This document shows, one piece after another, positions 29,752-43,531 of a stretch of DNA of 64,000 nucleotides. Each line of letters opens with the position of its first letter. Within the stretch, counting starts at the first letter, position 1. Source of the DNA: Chrysomallon squamiferum (lineage: Eukaryota; Animalia; Mollusca); contig CM022665.1 of the NCBI GenBank assembly GCA_012295275.1, positions 5,518,001 to 5,582,000 of the forward strand, written 5' to 3'. The notes under the pieces are model-generated. The model was given only the letters and a program-made list of their open reading frames with translations, did no database searches and was not told the origin of the DNA. Both the position numbers and the translations under genes were made by a program.

Positions 29752-31265
29752 TTATTATTATCAGTTGGGGTTTTGTCATCTCTTTTGTCTGTAATGGAGT
29801 ACATTTTGTTCTTCCTGTTTTTACCAGCCTTTTTTCTGTACACTTGTGTCACTGGAGTTATTCTTGTCACAGAATCAACATTCTAAAACCATCCTCAGCT
29901 GGACTGGAACTCAAACATTCATTTGTCTTTTAGGTCTCAGTTTGCTAATGGCTGGCAATGTTTGACCAGCTTTGACTTCAAAGCTTCATCATGTTTTCTA
30001 TGACTTCTTTTGATCGCTTTGCACTTTGCTCTTAAATCGTGCAAAGAGCTGCAATTAAAAAAAAAAAAAAAAAAAAAAAAGATAGAATCTAATGGAGGAA
30101 TCCTTTATCCTGTAATTATTGCAGATTTCTGATTTAAAACATTTCTGACAAGTTAATATTTTCGTAAAGAAAAAAAAATGGATAAAAAGAAACATTAATA
30201 AATTCGTTTTAGTATCAGTTTCCATTTAGAAAGTTGTTTGAACTGTGGAAAGTAGATTATAAAATGACCATGCAGTTGTTACGACTCCTGCTTCTATCAG
30301 CAGAACCGTTATCAAAGCTACAATCAGATGAATCCCGTTATGATCAGATTTTCCTAGACTAAAGCTTATCGGGAAAAGAAATGATTCCCAAAAGACTCGA
30401 AATCCATTAGGTTCGTTCGTTACAGAATTGAAATTGTGTAGCAATATAAAACATTATCTCTGGCGATAAAATGTTCCACTGTTGCATTCCAGGACCTTAC
30501 TTGATACCTCTGGGATTCAAAATGAACAGCTATATACTGCTGAGGTGGTATCAGAATAATGCTTATAGTTGCTTTTAATGTTTTGAGTTCCCCTGTTTAA
30601 TCAGTTTTCAATGAAAGTATTGAGTTAATAACAATATTTTAGGTGCTTCATAATTTGAGAAAGAAATATTTCATGAAGTTTTGTACTGTAGTAGTAGTAG
30701 TCATATTAATATTAGCTTTTGTTGTATAGTAGCTGTAGGAGAATGAGAGGACGTCGAGGAGCAGGAATAGCAATATTACCAGCTATATTAATATACATCG
30801 TAATTTTAATAACAATAATAATGACAGTAGTAGGTTTAATACTAAAGGTAGAATTGGTAGTAGCAGAAGTAGTTGTAGTAGTATCAGAAGAAGTAGAGTT
30901 AATCTTTTATCAAAATTTCCGAAATAAAAACTTTTTTCATGCACAAACGTATTACCCCAAAAATATATAATACTATATATATATATGTGCGATATGTAGA
31001 AACTGTACATATAAATGGACTTCATTTTCAGAAATTCCGAAAGTAGCAAAAATGATGGCAGTAATGTCTGTATTTCAATATGGCTCTTGTTTTTCATTTC
31101 TATTTCTCTTTTATTCAAAATCCTGTATTAGTGCGTCTAATGAGTTTCACTAATACGATGGTCGATAATGCTCGATATTATAAAAAAAAAAATTAAAAAA
31201 AATATTTCTGTTAAACTGATTTTTTCTTTTTCTTTTCTTGATTTCTTTACTTTTGATGTTAGACT

Positions 31266-31303
<38 letters not shown>

Positions 31304-33782
31304 TTCAAATGAAAATATAAAAATCAATACCATGAACTATGTATTCATAGTTAATATTAAATAACTAGATTTGGGAATAAACAGAAAGTGTCAGATTTAA
31401 GAATTGCTAATCTGTGTTATAACATATTTATATTTGATTATTATTACAGATTGTGCCTATAGGTTTTGAATAAATGAGATCTGAGCGAGGAAATTAAGTG
31501 TCACAGACTAATCTTATCGCTAAGCTGGTCAACACTCACCTAGCAAGTTTTGTTATATACGGTTTTTAATATACGATTCATTAGTCGATGGGAAAATAAC
31601 ACAATCAGATATTTATGACTAATGTGAAAATGAAATTTTTATTACGATAATCGATCACCGAAGTTGAGCGAAAAGAAATCTCGATCCACAGAAAGCGATT
31701 AAAGAACACTGTGTCACCCTGACCACAATTCGTTATCTAACGAAAATTTATTACTCGTAACACAACACAAAGCTTAAATTACAAATCTCTCTTAAGCTCG
31801 TCTAATGCTCTAATCACAGATCGGAACAAATTAGCTTCCGTTATGGCTTTCTACGACTACGTTATTTTTCAGACAACAAACATTTTAAAAAGTTATTCTG
31901 CCTTTCAGGGCATTGAGAAAAATAACATTAGATCGGTGTGTGGTATATTTTTTTTTTTTTTTGTTTTATGGACTAAAACATCTACTGGTTCTGTAGACAC
32001 GGAGTCTCTGTTCTTTGGGTGTAAAATTAAGTTATTTTATATCAGTTTTTTGTACCAAATCGACTCCACTAAAATCCACAAAGTAGACGGGTTTGAATGA
32101 AGCTCGTCTATTAAAGACACACTATCTGGAATTTTCTGAATTATGTCTCGTTTCTCATTGTTTGTTTGAAGATATTATCATTATTATTACGAATTGTTAT
32201 TGGGTCTTTTTTCTATAATGAAAATATTTATTGTACCGCTTGACTATAAACATGCAATTCATTCCAAAAAAATGTTACATACATATTTCAAAAGTACGAT
32301 GTAAATATACTTTTGAAATTCTAGTAGTCTACATGATGCCTTTGTTAGAACTATAAATCTTTCAATGAAAAAATGAATGTGAAGCTGTAAACAAAATGGT
32401 AGACACATCCAGAGGGAACCCGTCTATTTTGGACCGATCGATGTTTTTTGTTTGTTGTTGCGTTTTGTTTCCGTATTTTTTTATTTTTTTTTATTTTTTT
32501 GGGGTGGGGCTTAATTTTCTTTCTTTCTTTTTATTATTATTATATTTTTTGTTGTTGTTTTTGTGAGTTTTTTCGTGTTTATTTTTTATTATTAATTATT
32601 TTTTTTTATTATTTTTTTTTATTAATATTTTTGTTTTGTTGTATTGTTGTTGTTATTGTTTTTGCTTGGCTTTTGCTTTTATATTTTGTTGTGCTGTTGG
32701 GTCTTTTTTATTGGGTTTTTTTTGGGGGGGGGATGGGTGGGCTTGCTTTTTCATTTTTTTATTATTATTCCATTATTATGGAACATTAACTCAACACAAA
32801 CACGAAGCCCTCCTCTTTTCTTAAATCCAGGATTCTCTTCTACTAACTAATTATTTTTCAGTATCTTCCAGTTAACTTCTTTTTTTTATTCTACTAGAGA
32901 CATCGAGTTTTTTTCTCTGAGAACATCTTCTATTTAAAGGATTAATCTATCCTGTTGCTTGCTCCATTCCTAAATCTGAGAATAATCTTTATCTGTTTGT
33001 CTTCACTGCAGTTCAGAATAAAAAGGCTGGACGCATGTGATGAACCTGTTTGTTCTTTTTTTTGTGTGTGTGTGTGCAGAATAATAACACTGGATCAGAC
33101 AATCACAATCGTGCTGTCATAACCTCTCAAAACAGTCAGAATATCCCACGAATCATGCCGGACAGTGGCAAGCCACAAACACCAGTGCAAAATAAATAAC
33201 AGACACTAATTTCCCGTAAAATGTTCTACCGCTTCCTTAATTTCAGTTTACGTTAGTGCAAGACACGATCAACAATTATTGCGATTTTGACAATCGATGT
33301 TAATAACAGGCAGCACTTAGGGCCATCAGCAGTCCAAGAAGATTCGGCAATCACGAAATTTGTGTAGACGAGTACAGCTCGCGATGTGGGATGTGATTCT
33401 GATAGAATTTTGGTTTTGTCTATTCATAGAATCATCACCGCAGAGTTCGAAAATGTCACATCTTTTATTCCGTGAAGCTATTGAAGTATCGTTCAAATTC
33501 CGTGTTAAGTGTTTTATTATAAGACGGCGCGAAATATTTTATTCATCTTTTGATTCTTTTTATTTCTAGTTCTCTGCGGCTATTTCTGTCCATTTATTTT
33601 GATATTCGTTTATTTATTTCTCTTTCTATATATATGCATATTTATTTAAATTTCCATTGCATTTTTTTATGTCTCTATTTACTTTTATGTCTGTATTTTA
33701 TCTAAGTATTTATTAACGTTTCAGTTTATTTACATGTATGTGTATCTATCTGTATCTTTTTTTAAACATGTGTCTGTACATT

Positions 33783-33889
<107 letters not shown>

Positions 33890-35737
33890 CTGTCTATCTT
33901 TTGATATTTCAGTTTATATGCCTGCTTTAAAAAATAATGTTTTGTCCATTATTGCCAGCAGAGTCATTATAAAAATTATACAACAAATCTGATAATATTT
34001 CATAACACTCGTCATTTGGAGTGAAAATTACTATACCCGTATGGCTGCATTAAAACAAATAACACTTTCATCACGCTTGCATCATGCTCGAAGAAAGCTA
34101 TAACGAGACATATAAGTTCTGTACGTTTGTGTTTGAACAAGTCACTGGGGTAATGGAATTTTCTATTACATCATTAAGCTTTACATTTATGTTTTAAGAG
34201 CCTGTGGGCCAGTATTTTGGAAACAGAATATGTTTCGTTAGATGCTTGTGTTAGATTGAGAACTGTTCCAAAGGGAATATCGAGTGTGTATCAAAGAAAC
34301 TGTCCGACGTATTGCCTGCTACAGTGTTACCTGCTGATTTTCTAAAATCTGTAGAAGTCTTGAACTTTAAATACCAATTATGAATATATTTTAAATTTAA
34401 ATTATTAATAGTAGTAGTAGTAGTAGTAGTAATAGTAGTTGTAGTGGGGGTAGCAGTAGTAGTAGTAGTAGCAACAACAACAACAAAAATAATAACAGCT
34501 ACAAAACTGATATGCTCTTTCTCACAAGATTAAAAAGCGATTTAACTGAATACAATACCTCTATTGCTTTAAAGTGGGGTGAACATCGCTTTCATATATC
34601 ACTGATAATTAATTAATACTGGAAGACGGGAACCCTGTACCTTTGAAGCCACCAGCTTTATCAAATGTGTAAATTCAACAGAGCGTGCAGCATCAGCTGA
34701 ACTCTTCAGATCTGACGAGAAAACCATTGTGAGAGATGCGGTTTTCATACCTCAGAAAAATCATCGTCACATACAAAACAATGTGTGATAATCTAACGTT
34801 AAAATGTGTTGAGACGTCATAAATCAGTCTGCTAAATTAAATGTTTATAGCTTTTTCTTTATGTTTCGTTGCGTTCTGTTACTAAGAGCTGTGCGCAAAT
34901 CTTCCGGATTACTGAACACAAATACTCAGAAACATTTATGGACAGCCTTTATTCTTGACCCACATATGCCATGACCCTGAGGGATTTATTTTTTTTTTTT
35001 TTTTTTTTTTTTTAATGTTCTTCTCCAGGAATATTTTGTATATTTTATACGTACAAGTTCGTTCATATGTGTATCTGTGAGTGTCTTTTTTTCAAATTGT
35101 CAAACGTTTTCATGTTTTTTCATTCATACCCAAAGGACAGTCACTGCTACATCACAGCTACACCAAGCCCGGTTCTAAATCGCACTCCTAGCATCAGATC
35201 AGTGAACGCTTAGACGGATAAAGATACGTTTATTCAATGTAATAGCGCAGAGGGAAGCCTGTTTAATCAGCACAGATCCGTTGTTATCCTTAATTTGTCT
35301 TTGGGGTCACCAACAAGAAGATCGTTATTGATTTCAACAGTATAAACCAGTGGATGGCAGTGCAGTGATCGTTTGCCCCAGCGAAATAATCTAAAGAAGT
35401 TCTTTTCAGTGCCAAAAAAATAAAAAAACAGAAAAGAAAAGAAAAGAAAAGAAAAAGAAAAAGAAAAACAGAAGAAGGAAAAAATTTCGATTTCACTTTT
35501 TTTTTTCTTTTTTTTTTTTTTTTCTCCCTGCTTTGATGCCATGTCAGTTACGTTTTAAAGCAATTACTGATTTAATACTGCAAATTGGTTGTCAAGAGAA
35601 ATTTTACTAAAACCTTTTTATCATGACTGTTGATTGTCTGTTTACTCGTATTGATTTTTCTCCTATTCTTATTTATTTCATTTTATTTATTCACTTTTTA
35701 TTTTATTCATTTATTTATTTATTTATTTATTTATTAA

Positions 35738-35775
<38 letters not shown>

Positions 35776-36289
35776 TTAAAAAAATGTTCATACTTTCATT
35801 AATTTTAGTTGTCCTGCAATTTGTCTTGTATTTATATGTAAAAATATGCACAAAATGTGTTATATAATTATAATGTCTGTATGTGTGCATGACTGTGAGT
35901 TACTGTGTGTGTGGTACATCAGTGTATGTCTATTTGCATTATGCATATATGTTACAGGAATATGTATGATTAAGTATTTATGTACAATCCCTGAAATGTT
36001 CAGGTAAAATGAATGTGTCCACACGTGTGTGTATGTATGTGTGTGTGTGCGTGTGTTTGATATGTATATGTATATAAACATACATAAATATATGTGTGTT
36101 TGTGTCTGTGTGTATGTGTTTCTGTATATATTTCTCTGAACAGGAAACCTTTGCATGTTTCTATTTAAAATCGCAGTGTGCACGTTTCGACTGCAAATAC
36201 TTTCAAGTTTGATGTGTCAGTCAATTCGACTCCATGTTCTTATTGTTTGTCTCTTAGTGTAATGTGTCACGTTACTACCGAAACTCATC

Positions 36290-36340
<51 letters not shown>

Positions 36341-36644
36341 GATTGAAAAAACCACAACTTTGTTTAACGTCATTTTGAATCGGTTATTCAATCCGACAAA
36401 TAAAATTCGCGTGGCCTCGTTCTCCTGGGAATTGATGAAATTACATTTCGTACTTTACGGATTTCAGCTGAACGCTGGCATACCTGATCGAACTCGCTTT
36501 TCTTTTTCTAATTCCTCATTCCGCAGACTCTCACCCATGGGCGTTCGTGTCCTGGATCGAATGTCTGGGCGTCTAGGTTTCTTCAAAACGGATTTCCTTC
36601 TCAAAGTTTCAGCCTTCTAAATGAAGCAAGTAAGCGGAGTTATG

Positions 36645-36688
<44 letters not shown>

Positions 36689-36984
36689 ATAATTTAGTAT
36701 GCATGCGTCCCACAGTATGCATAAAGCCGGAGCAACCGATGAACGCTTAAATACGCGATGCAGGATACGAACGCACGGTAGAGGCGAGTAAATAACGGAA
36801 GATGTTCAATGTCCACGCATGGATCCAGAAACGATATGACATCACTTCGTGGACGTTTGTTTTGACCACAGTGGTGGTGTACCCCTTTCTGAAATCTATA
36901 ACCGCTCCTAAAGTCTCGTGATGTGAAATTTAAAAATAAATGCATGTACGTGTGCTTACATGTTTGTAATTGTGTGTTTGTGTT

Positions 36985-37026
<42 letters not shown>

Positions 37027-37080
37027 TACATATATATCCTTGTACATGAATGTATTCTTTAATCTGTGTCACTTTTACAG

Positions 37081-37233
37081 ATAGCTGGGGAGTGTTGCAA
37101 TGGAACGCTGGGGTACGCCACGAGTAACCCGTACGCCACAATGGTTTGTTCTGACATGAAGTGCTGTAACGCAGGCGAGACAGTTGCAGCTATATCAATA
37201 GACTATGCGCTGGGATTTGTTTTCAAATGTATG
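37081..37233 (+). CDS. Secreted Cys-rich protein, second coding exon
   Basis: CTTTTACAG| acceptor, ATG|GTACGT donor, phase 0-0; IAGECCNGTLGYATSNPYATMVCSDMKCCNAGETVAAISIDYALGFVFKCM. Completes a plausible signal cleavage site IAG|EC. Confidence 0.8.
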
Positions 37234-37286
37234 GTACGTGGTAAAACGCAATTCATATGTGCGTATATGCACACACACATATTCAT

Positions 37287-37395
<109 letters not shown>

Positions 37396-38272
37396 CCTTG
37401 AATCAAACAGAGACAGACAGACGTGTTCGTGTGCTAGATGTTTCAGAAATGATCGAAATCTTGACTATAGTGTAACATTATTTGATACGGTTGTAATACT
37501 CTCTGACAGCACTTGGGAATTGTTTTAATAAAATAAGTGTTTGAAGAAATGACATGATAAAAACACAGTTGTATGATAGAGAAATAACGAGGATTATTTT
37601 TCAAACAATTAATACATTTGCTAAATGGAAACATTACAGATATGAAAACTGAAACATGAATGAAACCTGATACAAAGCATATTGCCATCAATCTTAATGC
37701 TAAAATGATAAAATGGTGGTGTTTTTAATTTATTTGTCATCAATCTCACTTGTATCCTATGGGACTTCCACATGGAAACCTAAATTAGATATGATATTAA
37801 CACAATATGCTGTGAAAATGTTCCGAGAATAGATATTTAGTCTGTTTTGAAAATGATTTCAAATTCAAATGCTTTATTTTAAGTTATAATAATTTATCAG
37901 ATATTAGCTACATTTTGTGGTTTTGTTATAACTGATAAAAGAAATCTAATACGAATTAGACATTGTTTTCCAGTGAAGGTTAAAATTTTGAAGACTGAAA
38001 TAATCAAAGTCTGAAATAATATTTACTACGATCAATTTAAAATATGTCGTAGTTGGTTAACAAAACATACTTATTTTGTCATTCGACAGAAGGAATGAAC
38101 ACGATTAGTCAGCAAATTGTATTAATTGCTTTAATTAATTTAAAATGTACAAAATAGCCCTCTCGGGACCACTATACATATTTAGTTACCGACGTTTACT
38201 CTACGGACCACTTTATGACCAATTTAAAATACTGACGAATGTTTTGTCTTGTGTGCCATGTACGTAAGTTGG

Positions 38273-38361
38273 CAGTTTCCAACGACGGGCTTATCAAAGG
38301 ATGTGGTATGTGCTTTACTATATATGAGAAGAGGCTTATAAAAAGATCCCTTGTTGTTTAG
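38273..38361 (+). mobile_element. SINE central-domain fragment (Meta/MESC-like)
   Basis: ATCAAAGGATGTGGTATGTGCT...ATAAAAAGATCCCTTG; AAAAGATCCCTTG recurs at about 47017-47030. Confidence 0.6.
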
Positions 38362-38559
38362 CGTAATAACTATCATACGTTACCACTCATATCATTATTT
38401 TAATATTAATCTGAAATACAGATAGGCACTGAATAACCGTTAGTATTCAAATGTATTAATATATCGCAAAGTGTTGATTCATTTTTTTCGTTTGTTTATT
38501 CATTAACGTTTCAGCTAATGCATATTAACTGATTTTATTTTGTTTCTTTCTTTCTGCAG

Positions 38560-38724
38560 CCCAAAAGTGATATACGTCAAGTGTGTTTTAACGTGGGAGA
38601 AGAAGTCAGAACGACTAACAGTGATCCAGATCGCATTCCACGTGCCTGCTGTGACGGTGCTAAACTCGACATCCTTCTCAACCAGTGGCAGGCCGCTATG
38701 ATCGTCAAGTGCGTGGCGAGATAA
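38560..38724 (+). CDS. Secreted Cys-rich protein, last coding exon
   Basis: Long pyrimidine tract ending TTTCTGCAG|, phase 0; PKSDIRQVCFNVGEEVRTTNSDPDRIPRACCDGAKLDILLNQWQAAMIVKCVAR then TAA; Cys spacing parallels the previous exon. Confidence 0.8.
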   Translation, partial: PKSDIRQVCFNVGEEVRTTNSDPDRIPRACCDGAKLDILLNQWQAAMIVKCVAR

Positions 38725-41415
38725 CACGAGAGATCGCGAGATTAAATGCAAAACAGTCTATAGTTGTGATAGTTGAGATTTCTAATTAACTGGGATGCGC
38801 GTCACTTGCAAAAACTTCTGAAAATGAAAACCTTTTTTTTTTTTTTTTTTTTTTTTTGTCTATCGTACAAAATGGGATCAGACTTTTAGAAGAATGGCTC
38901 CAGTTCTGGGGTACATCGGCAGCATCCTTCATTCGTACTAAAAAATTTATCTAAATATGTTTAAAACAAAGACGTTAATACTGTAGTTATATTACAAGGC
39001 AATTTTTATTCATAATACTGACAAAATACACCATTAAATACGTGCATTCTATTTAACCAGTTTCCATTCTAAGGTATATATATATATATATTCCAGTATA
39101 TTTACGGTACTTCATCAATTGAACAGCAAATTAAATTAATAACATACCATTACTCAGTATGATTATAGTCTGTTTCCATCACGGTTTCCATTCTTTTACT
39201 GAAGATAGCCTTCCTCCAAGAATCCATCCAGTTCTCACTTTCTTTCATAACACATAATTTACCGATTGTCGACGAGCTTTCAACAGAGAATGGCGATCCG
39301 CAGCGACGCAGATACGTTTTTTCTGGGAGCCCTTAAGCTTGAAATGTTATCGGGGCATTTCCCAACGATGTCTGGGTTAACTCTGTTGTCTTCTTCAACG
39401 GGGTTGTTCCGCAACAAATCACCACCAGTCTTTTTTAAAAACGTAACCACATCACTGATTTTTTATTAAAATTACAGCTCTGGATTATCTCATGTCTCAA
39501 AGTAGATCAGCCCAAGTTGTTATCATTTACGGTATTAGGCCAGGAAAATGTTTAATAGTTGAAGGTTTCAAGTCTAAGAATCGTGTAATTGTCAACGATT
39601 ATTAAGTCAAAGAATAGGGTAAAGTTCGACAGGTGTAAACAAAAAGAACGGTGTATCGATCGAAAGGAATTAATGGAAATTGGAATTTAAGTAAGAAAAT
39701 GTTTTAATAGTTCATAGTAATTAAGTCAGACAATGGTGCAATGGTTTATATAAATTAAGTACGAGAAAAATTGTGCAAGGAAAATGCCAACGTGTCCATG
39801 GCATCATATCAACATTCTTCGAAGTTTACGTGAAAAAGATTTTTGGTCTGTACCAATTTCAAGAGTTTTTCTTACTCACATTGAGTGTAAAAATGTATCA
39901 TTTTTACTAAAAAGGGAAAACATTAATATCTTGAGAACAGTATCTGAATAATGAGATTGAACAAATATATTACCAAACAACACTAGCAAATATTTATGTG
40001 GAATGATACTGATGCTGCACATATAATTACAATGAGTTCATATTGAATTCATTTCTTTGTTGGTTTATATATTTGTATTTAATCTTTGACTTTTCGACAG
40101 TTTAATCTGAAAATCCAGTATTTCTTGATATTACAGTATGCTTCACAAAAGTAAGGAATCTTTCTTCACTGTTGTCAGAAATCTGTTAAAAGATTGCATC
40201 TGAGAAAATCTCTTCACAAGACTGAAATGGTGTTTCTGAAACCAGCACTAAAATACTTTCGATAACAACACCATCGATTTCAAGACGAACATTGATAAGA
40301 AGATGTTCAAACGGACTTCAAAAAGAAATGAAAAAGAATTAGTTTATAAATAATTATTTCCACTCGTTATAGCCATTCCTTGAAGTGAACAATTCACTTA
40401 AATATATCGAAAATATGCCACATCTCTGGCACAAAGTGTGATAAACTGATAAACAGTAAAAGGATCGTTGAAAAATCGGAACCTGACATTTTATTCCATA
40501 GGATGCCACGGCGAAATATTAACGGTCATTTTGAAACATGACGGGACGTAAAATATTTAAAACAAGGGGACTGTGCTTGTTAAAAAGATTTAGTGAATAA
40601 TAATAATAACTTGTGACGAACTGAACAAACTACACCGTCCATCATCATACGTTTATCTGACGAGTAACTGCGTCATCATCTTCTTGTTGCGAATGTGTTT
40701 ACGTTATCGCAGTGTTGACGCCTACTGCCATTTGTTTGTCCGTCCTTCTTACTACTCTGTTTCAATGATAATAACAATAAACCTTGTAACGAAAGATAAC
40801 ACCTTAATTATGTTTGATTCTGATTACATTTCATAGTAAGTAACATAGATATTAAACGTTATAAAGCCATGATAATAAAGATAAATCCTGAAAAGTAACA
40901 CGGTATGTTTAATTGTTAAGAATTATTCTTCGTAACAATAATTATAATAACTTGATATTTGTTTATCATTTTCGGTATAAAACCATGAAATTTTACATAG
41001 TGACAAAAAGTCTGTGTTTAATTCTGTTCAGTTTTTCATAACATATATATCGTTAGGTATTTATGTCACGAGTAATATAATAAATATTGTCTTATTTCCT
41101 AATATTCTGTGTAATAAAACCATTGTAATATAAACAAGTGTAATACATATATTTAACTGTTAAAAACTATGTTCATTGTTATACATGTTTCCTATTTGAA
41201 AGTTCATAATAGTTTTCATACAGAACCATTGAAATCTGTAAGCGACATCTGAAAGCCTGGATTTGACAGAATATTTTTATAATTTAATTACACATAATTA
41301 ATTATTAAACATGATGTCAAAGTGGCTGCCAAATCAATAGCATTTTGTACTCAGTAACACAGCTTGTTAGTTCCTATCCTCAGAATTTATTATAATAATA
41401 ATAATAATAATAATA

Positions 41416-41498
<83 letters not shown>

Positions 41499-42478
41499 AT
41501 ACTGAGATCAGAAAAACATTGAAGGAAAAAATATCTTGATAGATTTGTTTGAAATGGCAAATGAAATTATGAAAGCTTGAAAAGAAATAAAAATAACTGC
41601 TAAAAACCCGAGTTTTTAAAACTTATTTAACTAAAATAATTATTATAAATGACTAGTCTGCACTCGAGAAAGAAAAATGATTACTAAATCAATGCATAAT
41701 GACAGATTATTCTGTAACCAGAAAACTAGCTATAAATCTCTGTCATTTAAATTTTTAAAATTGATAATACTTTATCGTGCAATTCGTTGTTCTTTGCTGT
41801 CGTTCTGCATTTTTCAGTTTGGTTGCTGTTGCTTTTTAATTCTTTTGGATCTCCCGTCAACACGATATTAGTTTTAAAATTAATATTTATTTCAGAATTA
41901 ATACAACATTTGTCCTTAAAGTTTTATTCAGTATTTGTTCAAACTTTACTCAGCATTTATTTCCAAATGTGAACGTGCCTTATAAAATTATCTTTAATTT
42001 CCCAAGACTCCCTAGGAAAAATCTTATCTCAATGTTTTTTTTCTGTTTTTTTCTGGGTTTTTTCCTTAAATCTTTTTATTATTATTTCTTTTTTTGTTTG
42101 TTTGTTTTTCTGTTTATTATTATTATTATTATTAATATTTTTCATTTTATTTCCGTTTCCATTCTTTTTGTATGTATATTTTTATTCAGCTGCTTCTTTA
42201 TTTTGTTTTTCCTAGATTGTACTTTCAAGTTATCGAAAGAAACATTGATTAGCTGTCTAATTATTATCTTGATTCTAAAGAATTTATTTTATGTAATTAG
42301 CTTGTTCTACTGTCATAACTGTTATTTGTGTTTTCATTAAAATATTTTAAAAAGGAGAACATAATTTCGATAGGTATATCATGTAATCAAGGACGTCTTT
42401 GGTTAATATATATATACATACATCTTTCAGTTTCAAATAAAAATATCCAGAAATATTTCCTTGTTATTGTTATATTAT

Positions 42479-42533
<55 letters not shown>

Positions 42534-42619
42534 GATATAAACCCTTTCATACAATCATCAGATTCATAATTTTACACCAGACATCAACCAAAGAAAATTA
42601 CACATTGACTATGACGCAT

Positions 42620-42729
<110 letters not shown>

Positions 42730-43489
42730 AAACAAAAGACAAGCAGCAGAAAGTAAAATCCACAAAAGAAAACATCCGCAATAAAAAAAACAAAAAAAAC
42801 CATGATAGAATATATTTTTTTTAAACCATTTAATGACTTTATCTAATTTGCATGCAGTGGTGAACTCAATTCATCAAACACGATAACATCTTAAGGTCTT
42901 CATGCCTTTGACAAATTTCAAAGAAATAGAATCGGTTCTGTTAGCAATTGATCGTAAAAGATCGCCGAGGAAACTAAAGAACATTGCTTCGGCAACCTCC
43001 GACAGCTGAGTGACACGGAATGCTCCGGGCGGTTCGGGGACAGATTAAACCCTGCTATACAACTCGTAATTTCTGGCTTGGGGCATTTTCTGTTTTAACC
43101 CAGGGATGAGAGATAAATTACCTATCTCTGCGGCTGCATATCGCCACAGAGTGCTTCAAGTCTCATAAGGCGGCCATTTAAATTGACTGTGGGAAAGATT
43201 GAAATTGACTGTGATGTAATTTTTATTACGATTCGTTTTATTGTTATTTTTTTTTTTTTTAAATGTCATTGAGCAGATTTTTCAAAATGTTTTATTATGA
43301 TTAAAAAAAAAAGGGGGGAAACTGTCTGATAGTAATCTGCTATTTCATACTGAGATGTGTTTTAAAAGAATGAAAGAAAAAGAAAAAAAAAGAGGGTGAA
43401 GAAGGGTTTTGTATTACTTACCAGAATGATGTATTTTTTAACCAGTGCTGATTCACAGACACACACGCATACACACACTCTCACACACT

Positions 43490-43531
<42 letters not shown>

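Noticed and set aside
36694-37047. Minus-strand ORF with DVISFLD resembling a Penelope RT motif
   Set aside because: Only a 5-residue resemblance, no other RT motifs, and the ORF starts in a (CA)n tract.
39266-39469. GC-richer stretch as an extra exon on either strand
   Set aside because: No good acceptor/donor pair or recognisable peptide; probably 3'-UTR or flank of the Cys-rich gene.
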